From Raillietiella orientalis (Eukaryota), in contig JAYWIR010000005.1 in assembly GCA_036172245.1 (NCBI GenBank), positions 2,480,001 through 2,544,000 on the forward strand: a stretch of 64,000 nt of DNA, in the 5' to 3' direction. Made by a program: the position numbers and the translations under genes. Positions within the stretch are counted from its first letter, which is position 1. Each line of letters starts with the position of its first letter. Below, in pieces: positions 49,834 to 63,953 of the stretch. The notes beneath the pieces are model-generated. The model saw only the letters and a program-made list of their open reading frames with translations. It ran no database searches and was not told where the DNA came from.

Positions 49834-51782
49834 CTAATTCTTGGCCTTCCTGAGCTTCTTCTGTCTGGGAGAGCGTGCTCTTCTAGACGTCGAAGAAGCA
49901 GCGGGCTTCTCGCTGCCGGCGTCACTCTCCGTACCTGTGAGGTCGGTAATTTCCGCCGCCTCCGTAGAGTGTTCCGCCCGCGCGATCAATTTTCGAGATA
50001 GCGCCTCTATCTCGACCTTGGCGCAGAAGTTCGTCTTCACGTCGATAAGCTGTTCCTCTAACTTCTCGCGTTCAGTGACCTCCACAACCTGGTTGATGTT
50101 CTCTTGTGCAGTGCAGATCTTCTGCAAGATTTTCTCTTGCTGTGGACCGCTCTGCTCCTCCATGATCTCCTCCGGCCGTGTTGCCAACTCCTCCGTGGTC
50201 TGCAGAGCCTCCTGCGACACTTTAGTGGCTTCCTGTCTCACTTCCTTCGCGCCTTCCTGCGCTACCTCCATCTTCTCGCCTTCCTGCTCTGCTGCTTCCA
50301 GGATTTGAGGAGTTCCTTGCTCCTTGACGAGCATCCTCCTCTTTCCCTTCTTTCCAACTTCTATGGAGCCGTCCGCCGACACCGGGACGGCTTCTTTCAC
50401 CTTCTTCGGCCTTTCTGCCTTCTGAGGCTGTTCGGCCTCCTTGATGTTTCTCTCTCTCACGGGAGAGAGACCTCGAATCCTTCTGCAGTTTTCAAACTCC
50501 GAACAGCTCCATTTCGCATGTCCGTGTTTCTTGCAGAAGGAGCACACCTCCGGCTGCGGGCAGTTTCGGACTTGATGTCCTACTTTGCCGCAGCGAAAGC
50601 AGCGGCAAGTTGGGCAAGCGCCGGCCCTGTGGCCGAACTGCTTGCACCCGGTGCAGAATACCGGTTGTTGCCGGTAACGCACATTCACTCCCTGGGATTG
50701 TTCGTCAATAACGGCCAATCCAGGGATCACCGCTCCCTCCCTCAACTTCATCTTGGCGATCATGTCGCCAGAGAAGTTCTGGAAATCAAGGTCCAGAACT
50801 TCTTCAAAGTGCTCCAAGTAATTCCACACCGCTAGTTGCGATGTGAGGATGGAGATGCCGTTTAAAAAGACGGTTGTGTATGGCATCTCGCCAATACACA
50901 AACCATCCGTCTTTGTATATTAATCCCCTTCTGGATCAATCGCTCTCTAATGTTTTCACAGTCTGTAAAGACTGTGAACCCGTTGTTCGTTGAAATGATC
51001 GCCTAAATGCGATCAAAGTCTATGTCCGTCTTGTCGAGGGACAAATAGACCTCCCTGATGTCATTAAATTTTATTAGCCCGGTCTTGAAGAGAATGGGCT
51101 TCACGTTGGGGCCTATTTCGACTATTTGTCGGTCCACTTTTAGAACTTTTCCGCTAAGCGGCTTACCAAATTTCCTAGGTGGGTGGACACTCGCCTGTCC
51201 AGCCGCCACCGACGCATAAGAAAAGGGCTGCGACGCCGCAGCCGAACAAGATGGCGTCGCTCTCTGCACCGCGAGGACGCCCGCGGGTCCCGCCTGGGAC
51301 GCCGCCGCCGCGGGCGCAAACCTCGACGTTGCCACCGTTACCGCCGCGGGCGGCACCCTCGGCATCGCCGCCGCAGGCGCGACCTTCCCCGCCGCGGGCA
51401 CGATTCTCGGCGTTGCCGCCGCGGGCACGACCTCCGCCGTCGTCGCCGCGGGCACGACCCTTGGCAACGCCGCCGCCGGCGCAGCAAAGCCCTCCGCGGG
51501 CGCGATCCTCGGCATGCCTTCCGCTACCTCGCCGTTGCTGCACGTTACCTCCATGGCTTCCATGGGGGACGATGGCCTCACCACTCCTCCAACTCCAGAT
51601 GCCGGCATCCTGGCAGCTGTTCCGGCTGCTCGGGGCGACTGCTGGACTTCCACCGTGGACTTCTTGGCGCTGCTGCTGGTGATGATGATGGTCCCCGGTT
51701 GCACTCTTTCCACACTGGCGTTCACTCGAACACTTGCCTTCTCAGGGCACTCAAAAATTGCCTTGGCAGTGGTTTTAAACAC
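49834..51782 (-). pseudogene. C2 ORF1, three CCHC knuckles and an Ala/Pro repeat N-terminus
   Basis: CTGCKQFGHRAGAC, CFRCGKVGHQVRNC, CSFCKKHGHAKWSC. Stop at 51003 and a frameshift near 50900. Confidence 0.88.
51290..51520 (-). repeat. GC-rich coding minisatellite (~27 bp, PRVVPAAAT-like units) in C2 ORF1
   Basis: Repeated gccgcgggc(a/g)cga motifs. Translated repeats PRVVPAATT, EVVPAAAT, PRIVPAAG. Confidence 0.75.
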
Positions 51783-52542
51783 TGCCTTGGCGTGTTATTG
51801 GGTATAGTTTTAAACTAGCAATAATCACGCCTCCCTTTCGTTCAGCGGCGGCGATACCGCCCGTGCGCAAGGCTCTCGCGATCACTAAAGGAGTTGCTTA
51901 CGCCTGCGTGGAGGCAGCACTTTAAGATTCATCCAAGGCAACGCCGCTTACATCCGTGGAAGCAGCGCCATCTCAGGATGGCAAAGATAACTGCGACGCG
52001 AAGGAAGACGGCTGGATGCAGGTGAGAAAGATCATTAGAAAGAAATCATCAAGGTCTTCGCAGCTCTGTGTGAAGATAAGTGGGCGAAAGAAACCCGCAA
52101 AACCTTCCCAGAAAAAGATTGCGATTATTTCCTCCTGCGCAGTCGTCCTCTCGCGGCTGGAGCGGGAAGCTGCTGCTGCGGCTAAAAGGACGAAAGTCCC
52201 AGCCGCAGTTGCAGAAAGCGCTGGGAAACAGGCAGCGAACGATTTTCCTGATTCCGGGGAACAACAGCAGCGGCTGGCAAGCCCTCGACTGTCGGATTCT
52301 GGTCCAGAGTCTGACAGAAAGAGCACACAGCGCGACAACCGCCCGAAACCGCGCAATCGCCTCCCGAAGACCCGCAAGCGCGTGGTTGCCGAGGAGGAAC
52401 TGTTGCTGGGGAGCAAAGAGGAGGAAAAGGACCTCACCTCTGAGCTACCGGCAACAAGCAGTGCGGCTTCGAATGGAGATGTCCAGTCTCCGAGATCGAC
52501 CTCTCTGTCTCGTGACCACTAGCCGGACAAGACGAGAAATCT

Positions 52543-55500
52543 GTGCTCACCTTCCCAGCCTTAAAGCAGGATGTCGCCTCTATTCGTCGATTCAGCGTAG
52601 CCTGTTGGAACGTCAATGGGCTGCGCAGGGACGGAAAGAGGCGCGACGTGTCAGACACCCTGCGACATTTCGATTTGGCGATCCTTCAGGAGATGCATTA
52701 CATCTCCGATGCGGAGGTTGCCGAAATCGAACAGTTCGCGGGTGGCACCCTGTACTGGCGAGAAGGTTCTGCACAATCGTGCGGAGTCGGTTTTCTCGTC
52801 AATAGTAGGATGGCGGGAGTGGTGCGCAGCGTTCGATTCGACCAGGAAGGGCGAATGGGCCAACTTGTACTCAAGTGGTCAGATTCAATCGACCTCGTCG
52901 TAACGAACGTCTACGCGCCAAGCGGCTTTCATCGGCCTGTCGAAAGAATCGAGTTCTTCGACGTGCTGGAGAGCCAATGGCTCAGAAACTCCGGACCTAG
53001 AGTGGCGCATCTCGTCGCAGGGGACTTCAACGTCCACCTGCTTTCCAACGAGACGCGGTCCGTGGCGGAACGGTCGCGGGTGGAAGAGGCATGCGCGTCG
53101 GTGCACGCGCGTAACTTGGAAGCCGGCGAGCCTGGACTGGAAAGGTGCGTGGATCACCTCTACCTCGATGAACACCTACTCTCGCGAGTGGGAAGGAGAG
53201 GCAGGGTGCCGTCCACGTTATCGGACCATGATAGGCTGGAGTTCGAGCTACTCCCGCCGGGCAAGGGTCCTCCAAACAATGTTCGGAGGATGCCGGCGAA
53301 TTGGCTGAGTCATCCGGAAGCGGCGGAGCATCTTCGCCAGTTCCTTCGCGGCTTTGCCATCCGGGAAATCGCAGACTGGGACCATCTTAAAAGATCGGTT
53401 CGCGAGTTTTGCGACCGGTTCAGGGAAGGCGTGGTCAATAGCAGAGCATTTCTGCAGGCGCGCACCTTCTCGAGACGTGCGGAAGTCCGGCAACTCGCAG
53501 AGTACAAGGCGAGGGCCGAGCACCAGGTCTGGAAGTTTGGAGCGGCTATTCTGCTCGACGACCAAGGCCGGGAATGCACGGCTCCTGCCGAAGTGCGACG
53601 AGCACTAAAGCTTCAATTCTCCTCGCTCTACGCTAATTCCCCGACGGAAAGAGTCCTCTCCATACTACTTTTGCCGCGGGCTGCACATGGCATCGGCGAG
53701 GAGGAACGCGCTCGTCTCGACGAACCCTTCACGTTGGAGGAAGTTTCTTCCGCCATCGCAGGACTCAAGAGACGGAAGACGCCAGGTGAGGACGGACTGC
53801 CCTCGGAGATCTATCAGAGCTTCGCGGAGGAACTCGCCCCACTGGTGCTTAGAATCTCGACGCTGATGAGGGTGACCGGCGATGTCTTTTCTTCCTTCCG
53901 TTCAGCAAGGGTGCGTCTCCTTCCGAAAGAAGGGGATCTGCGCCAACTCAACAACTGGCGTCCGATCACATCAGTGAATACGGACGTCAAGTTGTTTTCG
54001 AAGCTGTGGGTCACGCGCTTAGGGAAAGTCGCGGAGTCCGTGGTAAGCATGGAGCAGTCTTACGCTGTACCGGGTAGATCCATGGATGCGAACCTTCTTT
54101 TCGCGCGCACCTGGTGGCAGCTTCAAGAGCGCGTTGCTTCGGATAGCCGAACAGCGGGAAGACCTTCTGCCGACTGCGTGCGCCATTGCGGACGGACGGG
54201 AGAAAGGCCGGGAGCCTTGGCACTAGCAGTACATTTGCACAAAGCATTCGACTGCGTAAACCAGGAACTCCTCTTGGAGCTCCTGGAGCGTCTTGGGCTT
54301 CCGAATCATCTTCTCCTGTACTTGCGCTCCTGCTGGCGCCATGCGATTATCAACTTGTATTTCAGTGGCTCCCGCGTGTACGGAGTGGCCGTGCGCAGAG
54401 GCATCAGACAGGGCGACAGCTTAAGCCCGTTGCTCTTCAGCATCTACTTTGAGTTGGTGCTAAAAGCGTACAGGCTGACGCTGGCCGTCCTGCCCAGCGC
54501 CTCTCCGTGCACTCCGTCCGCGGCAGCATACGCCGACGACCTTCTGCTTCTGTTGCCCATGTCTACTCCGCCGGACTCGGTCCAAGACTTCTTCGAGCTG
54601 ATCCGTCGTGGAGCGGGCATGAGCGTTAACAGGGCGAAGTGCTCCGTCGTGCCGGTGGGTGCGTCGTGGGAGGGACAGGCCGACTGGATACGCCTGGGGA
54701 TCCCCACTGTCAGGTACTTCAAGTACCTTGGAGTACCGTTGGGCGACTTCTGCTCGTCTGAATCGTGATCGGCCTGTCTTCAAAAGGCAGAGATGGCCCT
54801 AGGTTCGTTCATGGAAGGCAAGTTCGTCTTGCCGGAAAGGGCGTGCATATGGAACACTTTCCTTGCCCCCCTCCTCCGCCCCTTATTTTTTGTTTGCCCG
54901 CCTCCCTATGTGGTTAAACTCCGGGCGCAGCGTCTCCTACGTAAGGTCTTGTGGGGCGCTGCGCGATCCAGGGTTCGCCTCAAAGATTTGGTGGCGCCAT
55001 GCCAGGACGCAGGCCTGGGCATCCTGACCATTTAGAAGATTGGACTGCAAGTGCAGTTCCGGCTTCTATCCCTATGTGGGAAATTGTGGTCTAGTCACTG
55101 GTGTACTCCGGCTCGCCATATTCTCCAGCGATGTGTCGGCAGTGCAGGATTGCTTTCGTTGCTGCCGCGCAAGCTTCGCCGGAGAACTGGATTTGGCTAC
55201 CCACTAAGGCAGTTGTCCTCGTTGCTGTTAGCCCATTCCTGGATTTCCTGCTGCCCCTCCAATTGGAATGCTTGGCAGCAGGAAGCTGTGGAGCACTGGA
55301 CGTCCACTTTGGATGTGCGCTCAGAGCAACTGCGACCCTTACAGGGCCTCTTACGCAAACCGCTAGGAGTGATCCTACAGGACTGGTCGCTTTGGTCCCG
55401 GATAGTCGTCTCACCCATTGCCGCAGCGCTGTCTGCTCTCAGGGCAAACAACGACATTAGCCAACCGGCAAGGTGGGAGTTCTTCTGCAGCATTTCAGGA

Positions 55501-56094
55501 GTGGGAAGACTGCTGAGCGGCTGGAAAACGAGCGTGTTGGTAGACGCTGCCACTCCTCGTTACCTGGCAAAGGGACTTCTTCGTTGAAGTGAGGTTCTTG
55601 GATTACTCCCGAAGATCTCGTGGTTCCTATTGTGTGGACAGCTCCGTGTTCCCGCTTCGATGAAAACATGATGTTCTTCTTTTTCTGCACTGAAGATTCC
55701 AGTGCAATAAGCGCAGAAACTTGGTTACAGCAAGAGTCGTTACCCCGAACTGCCTCAGGTGCGGGGCGATAGAATCGCTTACGCACCTGCTCCTTGAAAG
55801 TAGTGACTTGCGGGAGTTCTGGCGGAGACTTGCTTCGGCAATTCGTCGTCCTCAGGACACTGCCACAGACCTGCTTCGACGCTTCTTCAGCAAAGACGGA
55901 CTGGATAAAGGCGCTGTTATCGCAACAATCTCTCGCATTCGCGCCATCGTGATCGCCCGCCGTAAACCAGAAGGAAGCTCTCAGCGAACAGACGCCTCCA
56001 GAATCGCTGCGAACCTTATGAAAGCAGCTGTCAGGTGGCCTCATCTGCCTAGAAAATTCTCCAGGGAAGTCGCCATTGTCAAACAGCCCTTCTA
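52543..56094 (+). pseudogene. G ORF2 (APE, RT, Zn finger) with late stops
   Basis: 741-aa open stretch with the APE and RT motifs. Continues in fragments to CLRCGAIESLTHL. Confidence 0.9.
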
Positions 56095-59000
56095 GAAAGA
56101 TTAGGAACGTTTACTACCAAAGATCCCTGACCTCACCCTCCACTGTTTTTTTTGTTTGTTCTCTTATGTTTTCTTTATTTTGTATCCCTCTCCCTCCGTT
56201 CCTTTCTTTTAGAAGGCACCCTGCGTGCCGGTGATCTTTCTGAACTGAACTTTCTGTATGGGCGTTTCTTGTGTCTTGAAAGGATGAATTTGCCTTCAAG
56301 ATTGTGGTTTGTTTATACAAATAAACGTCCCGGCGCAACCAAGTTTAAAACGCATCAGCGAGGAAAGGCTTAGCACCAGAGGGACGAGCTCCGCCGCGAA
56401 GCACTGAAAGAACTCCGCGGGCAGGCCATTCTCCCCAGGCGCCTTATCCCTCTTCAGGCCCGCAATGGCGAAAGATACTTCTTCCGCCCTGAAGGGCCAA
56501 TCCAATCTGGCGCGTTCCTCCTCGTCGATAGCAGGGTTGCCCTTCGGAAGAAGCAGCTCGGAGAGACTGCGTTCCGTGGGTTCCTCCGCGTACAACGAGG
56601 AGTAGTAGCGTTTGACTACGCGGTGTACTTCGGCTGCAGCCGAGCATTTCTGGCCACCGTCATCGAGCAGACAAGCCGCTCCAGACTGCCAAACCTGGCG
56701 CTCAGCCCTGGCCTTGTACTCCGCCAGACGCCGGACGTACGGGCATCGGAAGAAGGTACGCGCCCACAGATAGGATCTGCTGTTCGCGGCACCCTCCCCG
56801 AAGCCGTGGAGAAACAGGTGCAAAGGGAAGCGGCAGCAGAACTCGCGGACCGATCTTTTCAGATCGTCCCAGTCCTCGAGTCCACGGATGGCGAAGCCCC
56901 GGAGGTGTTGGCGAAGATGCTCCGCTAAGCCAGTCGGCCGGCAACCTCCAGACATTTATCGGAGGCCCTTTGCCAGGCGGGAAGAGCTCAAACTCCAGTC
57001 TCGGATGATCCGAAATCGCGGACAGCAGGCGCCCTCTCCGACCTACTCGTGAGAGCAGGTGTTCATCGAGGTACGCATGGTCCGGCAATCTTTTCATCCC
57101 GGGCTCACCAGCAAGCAAGTTTTGCACGCGCACGGACGCGCATACCTCGCTCACCAGTTGCTTCTCCTCAAGCGGCATCTCTCCTCTGTTAGCAGGTGGA
57201 CGTTGAAGTCTCCTGCAAGGAGGTGCGTCACGTTAGGGCCGGAGTCAGCGAGCCAGCGGCTGCGAGGGTCACCCAGGAATGCAAGTCGCTGGGCGTAATG
57301 CCGGCCCCCGCTCGGCGCGTCGATGTTCGTAACGACCAGGTCGATCGATTCGGACCACTTGAGGACAAGTTGGCCCACACGACCTTCCTCGTCGAAACAA
57401 ACGTTCCGCACCGCCTCCGCCACCCTGCCTCGGACGAGGAACGCGACTCCCCACGTATGCGCGCAGCCTTGCTGCCAGTGTAGCGTCCCGCCCGCGCGCT
57501 CTTCCAGATCCGATGCCTGCCGTTCGGAGATGCTATGTATCTCCTGCAGCAGCACCAGATCGAAAGAGCGGAAAGCGTTGGCTACCGTCCGCCTTTTGTC
57601 AGCATCACGCAGCCCGTTGACATTCCAACAGGCCACGCTGACCCGACGAGCGGACGTGAGTCCACGCATCACTGCTGCGGTCATGACGGCGTGCTCCTCG
57701 CCCCGCCCGGCGAGAAGTCAGCTGGTAGGAGAGCGGATTGGGAAACGGAATCGCTTCCGTTCGCCACCACATCGCGCCCCGCTGAGTCCTGGGAGCCGAG
57801 GATCATCGCCTCGGTCTTCGTGCCGGAGCCGGAACCGCCTCCGGCAACAGACTCGTACTTTCGCACTTTAGCCCGGCGCGCTACCGGCTTAACCCGGGAT
57901 GCGCGCTCCATGTGTTTGCACTCGGACTCCACCTCGGAGTCCGAATGCCCAGCGCGAGACTTGCGTTTTGCCAGTCTCTTTTTGTTCCGGCAGGTGGAGG
58001 CTTGCCCTGTCCGCGCGGGGGTCGTCGCAGTCGCCGACGCAGCTTCCGGAAATTTGGCTTCCGCAGTCGCCCTCTCGCGCGAAGCGACGGGAACAGAGCA
58101 CGCAGCCTTGGTGCGTAACCAGGTACGCGCTTTCTTCGGCGTGCTTCTCTTTTGCCTCCCACCCACCTTAAGGATGGGGAATATTGAAGGGTCAACCTTC
58201 TTCTTCCCCTTTGTGAGCGTCCTGAAGACGAGAGTCCAGCCCGCGTCGGGGACGCCCTCCTGAGAGGCCGACGCCTCCCTCAATTGTTTGGCCGGAGATG
58301 CCGGCTCAGGTTTCGCGCTCGCGGCGGGAGACGGCTCCGTCCCCGTTACGCACTGCACCTGCTCCTTTGCCAATGCGGGCGAAACGGCGGTCATTGCCCT
58401 CGTCCCGCGAGGCGCTATTGCAGCCTACGCCTCTAGTGCCTTCGGCGTAAAAGACGTGATCTCCTCCGCCGTAGGAGGAGACTGCCGTTCCGAGGCAGCT
58501 CCGAGGGTACCCGCGCACGGTTTTCCGTGTGTTCCGCTGGACGAGTAAGCGGACGCGGACGGTTCAGCAGCCTTGATTGAGAGCGTGCCCGCACTCTTAG
58601 GCTGCTTCGAAGGGGGTGATTTGCCCTCAGGGCGACGTGGCATCTTTCCCGTCTGCGCGGCTGTCTAAGATGGTGGCTTCCCTAAAGCAACCGCACCCTT
58701 TTTCGCGGGACCGCCACTCGGAGATGCCCCGCCCTTCGCGCCCGAATTCTCACGTGGCACAACTAAGGACCTTTTCGGCGCGGAAGGGGTCGATTGTTGG
58801 CGGCTTTTCGCCTGCCGCTTTCTCTTCAGCTCGGCGCACTCTTTGATGGAGTGGCCGAGCTGTTTACAATAGCGGCAGTTGCGTGAGGGGCACGTCCACG
58901 GAAGGTGGTCCTCTGCACCGCAAACGCCGCAAGCCGGTCGCTGACCTGCAAATTTAAGGTGGACGATCGCATCGCCCACCTGCAAGTGCGGAGGCATTTG

Positions 59001-62000
59001 CCTCCTATCCGCCTTGGTGACACGCGCCATGGCAAGTCCGCTGTGGAGAGATGCAATCCTTTTGATCGGATTGTGTGCTCTCCACAGCGCGTGCACCGTG
59101 GCGAATGCACTTAGTGCAGCGACGAGCACGCGATCGGGCGTGTTCACCTAGACGGCGGATAATCGGACCACCAACGACTGGTCCATGGCCGACCGGACGA
59201 CCTCCTTCCCGCGGATATTTAGCGGGGTGCCGAGGAGGCGCTGGACTAGGGATGCCTCTTTGCAGTGCACCTCCCAGTGTCCAAGCGCGTTAACCGGCAT
59301 GACGGCCAGGAGGTCGTCCTATCGGACCCCAACGCGCAAAAGCTCATTCCACAAATTTCCTCCGACCCCGTGGGAGATAGCAAAACTCACCGAATAGCAG
59401 AGCGCAGGCTTGTTGCCATGGGCTGCATATGCCTGCAGCTCCGCTTCGTCGGGCAGTGCTCCGTTGGCTGCCGCCACCTTGACGACGGCTGCGAAGCTTC
59501 TCGCCGGTGGCGAGACACAACAATCAGAGGCGGAACGGACATCTGGAGTAGACTCTCCACTTCCAGTAGCAGCCCATACATCCATCTTTTGCTGCAGGGG
59601 CTCCGTGGACATCCCAGTGGACGCACTCGGGCACATCACACACAAGAAGACGGAAAGGAATCACGTTTGAGGAGCAACAAAGAACACGTCCGAGCCGAAG
59701 TTGTGGAGCGTATTCCCTACCTCTGCGAAAAAGAACTCGCCGCTACTGACGACAATTCTCCTGTTGACTCTGTCAAGAGCGAGGGGAGCGAGCCGGCGGC
59801 GGCGTCCGTCATCGGCACCACCATCGATGACGTAGCCTTCGCGTAAGCCACGGAGGAGCTGGCAGCCTCGCTGCAGCCAGAACCCTCCAAGGCTGGCAAG
59901 AAGGCCGCAAGGCGTCCGGCCTCCCCTCTGCAGACACCCACTTCCGACCCCGAGGTGCAGGCTGGAAGCGCAGCCTCCGTTTCCACGGCACCCCGCAAGA
60001 AGCCTGGACGTAAGTCCACAAAGCCGAGGAAGCTCATCTCCCCCGTCGAAGGGGAAGAGATGGCTTTCGCAAGCGAGGGTGCCATAGGCGTGGGAAACTC
60101 TCGGGACCCGTCGCCCAAGAGACTCTTACGCGCAGACACGAAAGGGATGGAGGGGTGGAGGCCGAACAGGTGCCTCAGGTGCCTGAGAAGGCCGAAAACC
60201 CCATGCACATCCCTCCCGCACGCAAGAGGTGGGCTCCCCCACACCTTAATCTTCCCAGCAGTAATGCCGGGAATCTCCTCCCGGCGTCGTCTGCGCATCG
60301 CCTTTTGGAACGTGAACGGCATGACAGACGCCGGCAGGACACGAGACATGGCCGCCCTTCTGGAGTCCTACGACCTTGCGCTGTTGCAGGTGATCCAGGT
60401 GATCTCTGCAGAACAAGCGCAAGAGATCGAACAAATCTACGGTAGGCGGCTATGGTACAGGTGTGGAAGACCGAAAAGTTGCGGTGTCGTTTACCTGCTT
60501 AGGGCAGCCGTCCAGGCCGCGGCTTGAGGCGTGCAGTTTGACGATCACGGTCGTGTCGGTCAGCTGAGTCTCAGGGGGTCCGACTCGATCGATCTGATCG
60601 TCACGAACGTGTACGCACCGAGCAGCGTGGACCTGATGAACAGGAGGGCGAGGAAAGAGATTTTCCTTGCCCTCCGGCGCGACAGGCTGACCGAAGCAGC
60701 CGTGCGGAATGCTTATCTGGTTGCAGGCGATTATAAAGTTCGCATCGACCACGTGTTTCTTGACCAACACCCGTGCCCTCGCGTTGGCAGGCGCTGCAAA
60801 TTACAGTGCGAGCTGTACGACCATCGCCCGATAGACCTCGAGATCTATCCGCGCGACAGGAGCCCCCCCTCGTTATCGTGGCGTCTCCAAGGGGACTTCC
60901 TGAAGCACCAGGACGCGGCGGAACATCTTCGCACGTTCCCACGGAGTTTCAGGCTGCGGACACTTCAGGATTGGGACCGCTTCAAGCGGTCGGTCCAGGA
61001 GTTCTGCGACCAGTTAACTCTGCACCGCCTACCTACGGGTTTTGTAACCGGGGTTCGTAACGAACGAGCCTACCTGCAGGTCTGTTCTTACGCCAGGTCC
61101 CCCGACATCCGCAGGCTGGCGTAATACAAAGCGGGAGCCGAGGAACAATCCTGGCAGTGCGGATCGTTTAGCTAGCTGGACGATCAGGGCAAGGAGCACT
61201 CGGCACCCGCTAAATCCGCGGCCTGCTGCGGAGTTACTACTCCTCCCTGTATGCCAGGCCACTTCGGAGAGGAATGTCTCACGACTTTTGTTTTCGGAAG
61301 GCGCTCCACTGATCGGGGAGGAGGAGAGAATGTCCCTCGACGAGCCTTTCACGATGGACGAGATCGTTTCGGCCATCGAAAAGCTCAAGAGGCGTAAGGC
61401 TCCTGGGGAGGACGGTCTGCCCGCGGAGTTTTAGCAAACTTTCGCGGCTGAGCTTAACCCCCTGGTACAGCAACTCACTTTGCTGACACGCGAGTAAGGT
61501 GACGTTCACGCCTCGTTTCGTTCAACAAAGCTGCGGCTCCACCCTAAGGGAGGAGATCTAAGGAGCATGAACAGCTGGTGTCCCATCACAATAGTGAATG
61601 CGGACGCCATGTTCCTGGCTAAGGTTTGGGCAGAGCGTCTGGGACGGGTTGCCAACATCTTCGTAAGCCCGAAATTGACATATGCTGTTCCCGGGCGAAG
61701 CATCGAGGCGAACCTGTTCCACGCTTCCACCTGGCTAGAGCTCCAACAGAAAAGGAGCTTGGTGCGCAGCGGGAATTCCGGTGCGTGCGCCGGCAAGGGG
61801 TTGGATGGTCGGGTTGGGGAAAGAGCCCTTGCGGTCGCAATCGACTTGTGCAAAGCATTTGATTGCGTCGACCAGAATCTCCTTTTGGAGCTTCTGGAAC
61901 GCTTGGGCTTCTCGGCCTCATTAGTAACCTATCTGCGCTCCTGCGGGCGCGACGCGCTCATCAACGTTACTTTCAGCGGGCAGACCGTGCACGGCGTGCA

Positions 62001-63953
62001 GGTCCGGCTTGTGATCCGGCAGGGAGACAGCCTGAGCCCCTTGCTCTTCAGTACCTACTTTGAGTTAGTACTGAGAGCGGACATGGCAACTCTGGCGCAC
62101 CTGTCGCACGACTGTGCCGGTACGCCGGCCGTTTCAGCGTACGCGGACGACCTTCTGCTGCTGCGTTATATGTCCACCCCGGCTGCGGCGATCGAGGAAT
62201 TCTTTGACCTGCTGCATCGGGGAACCGGACTTACGGTGAACAGAGCAAAGTCGTCCGTGATGCCAGTTGGTGCGGCGTGGGCAAGGCAGCAGGACTGGGT
62301 CCGTTTGGGGATCCCCACGGTGAGGTACTTCAAGTACCTTGGTGTGCCGTTGGGGGACTAATCCCCTGCGGAAGCGTGGTCAGGCTGCCTCCAAAAAGTA
62401 GAGACGGCGATTAGCCCGTTCCGAGGCTGCATTTTTTTCCTGCCTGAACGGGCCGCGGTTTCGAACACGTTCGCAGCTCCTCTCCTCCGCCCTCTGCTTT
62501 CTGTTTGCCCCCCCACAGAGAGAATTAAAAAGCGGACAAAGAACCTCCTCCGTATTGCCCTTTGGAGCAACAAGAGGGCCCGAGTCCGCTTAAAGGACTT
62601 GTGCGCTCCGCGTCGGGACGGTGGTCTGGGCCTCCGGACTCTGGAGCGGCTGGAGCTTCAGCTCCAGTTATGATTGTCGGCACTTGTTCCAGAGTTGTGT
62701 TGCACCTGTCGTTGCGTCCCTGCTCGTCTCCTTCTTCAGCAAGCCACGGGCAAGACGGAACTGACGTCGTTTCTTGCACTCCGTCTCCGCGTCAACCGAT
62801 GGGGACTCCAGCTACGGAGGGTGGCTGCGCTGTACCGGAGAAACCCAGGATTGGTCACCTGTCGCCCTTTGAACGGTGGTGCCTCGTTGCAGGAAACCGT
62901 TGGAACGGGGTACAGTTCGGCATGCAACGCTCCCAACAGGAACGAAGGTTCCTGTTTAGGGGTTACAGAAGTTGCACGCTCCGTGAGATCCTGAAGGATC
63001 CAAAGAAGAGAGCGTTGGCAGAAAGAACCGCCCTCGCTGCTGCGCTGCCCTCCCTAATGGAAGATCTGGACAGCGAAGTTGCGGCGAAGTGGGAGGTTAC
63101 AGTACCAATCTCCTGGAAGGAGAAGAAGTTTGGATAGTGGAAGACGGGTCAGCTGACTGGCGCTGCCACCTCGAGTACGCACCCCCATGGACTTCTACGC
63201 TGGGCGCGCTGCTCGACATTCTCATTGAACGTTTAAAGTAACCCCCGGTACTGAAGAACACCTCTACCCTCCCCTTAAAATGGCAGGAGTCGACTCTCCT
63301 GTTGCTGCATTGAAGACTCTCCTGCAACGCCCGCTGGCACTACTGGACATGTTGAGCACTGGACCCCAATTCCGTCCGGTGCTGGGAACGGTATTGCCTC
63401 CTCCACGTGCTTGTGGAGTGTGTTGCCCTTCGGCGCCTTTGGTTTCGCTTTGCCGCGGCCATCGGAATCCCCTGCGGCAATCCCAGGGTCGTTCTGAAAG
63501 CCCTCTTTGCTGCCGACGCCCTGCGGCCAGCGGCCTCGTTAGCAGCCCTGTGCTGCCTCCGCGGGATCGTCGCCGCCTGGAGCAAGGCTACGGGAGGACC
63601 ACACGACCAGTGTGCCAGCCAGCCAGTCTCTTAGTTCCTGAGGAGGGCGTCCAGATGGCCCCACCTGGATCCAAGCATGCAGCAAGAGCTTGCCGGAATC
63701 CTGCAAAGGATGCAACGGCCCCACCAGCAACTGTGATCTCTTTCCGTACCCTCCCAGTTTTTTCTTTTTTTTTTGTTTTGTTTTTTGTTTTTCCCCCTTC
63801 CCTCTGCTGCCGTGGTGAACCGTACCGGTCTGCGAATTGGTGACTTGGCAGGCTCTGTGTTTCTTCGTGCGTGGCTGGAGCAATGGTATGGCCACTGCAT
63901 GTCTTTGTAAATGTTTATTTTATAATAAACGCCCCAGCGAAATTCGGGTTCAA

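Larger units (their letters stand above)
46168..51872 (-). mobile_element. Full-length L1/Tx1-like element C2 (family C)
   Basis: TSD ctctcgcgatcgctaa (46152-46167) and ctctcgcgatcactaa (51873-51888). ORF1 with three knuckles, ORF2, AATAAAC-hairpin terminus. Confidence 0.93.
44678..56349 (+). mobile_element. Full-length Tx1-like element G (44678-46167 and 51889-56349), interrupted by C2
   Basis: TSD aagcatcagcga (44666-44677) and acgcatcagcga (56350-56361). 5' motif, ORF1 from ATG 44762, ORF2, 3'UTR. Confidence 0.92.
42237..59698 (-). mobile_element. Full-length decayed Tx1-like element E8 (42237-44677 and 56350-59698), interrupted by G
   Basis: ORF2 LVPLVLSLSSLM|LETGDVPASFR resumes across G. 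ORF1 knuckles CGVCGAEDHLPWTC and CRYCKQLGHSIKEC. 5' CGGACGTGTTCTTT motif. AATAAAC terminus. Confidence 0.9.
41047..63953 (+). mobile_element. Full-length decayed Tx1-like element F (41047-42236 and 59699-63953), interrupted by E8
   Basis: 5' GCGGACGTGTTTT motif. ORF1 IKECRVV|VERIPY resumes after E8. TAATG at 60262. RT at 61567-62361. 3'UTR and AATAAAC terminus at ~63924-63953. Confidence 0.9.

Noticed and set aside
51765..51786. Hairpin GGCAGTG/CACTGCC near the C2 5' end as an HDV-like ribozyme
   Set aside because: It is a single stem, no nested double pseudoknot could be traced, and it is not evident in C1.
915..56094. Alternative genetic code (TAA/TAG as Gln or Glu), since several stops align with Q/E codons
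   Set aside because: A 1148-codon ORF and the host exon contain no internal TAR, and ORF1 ends at a conserved TAA. The stops fit single-base decay.
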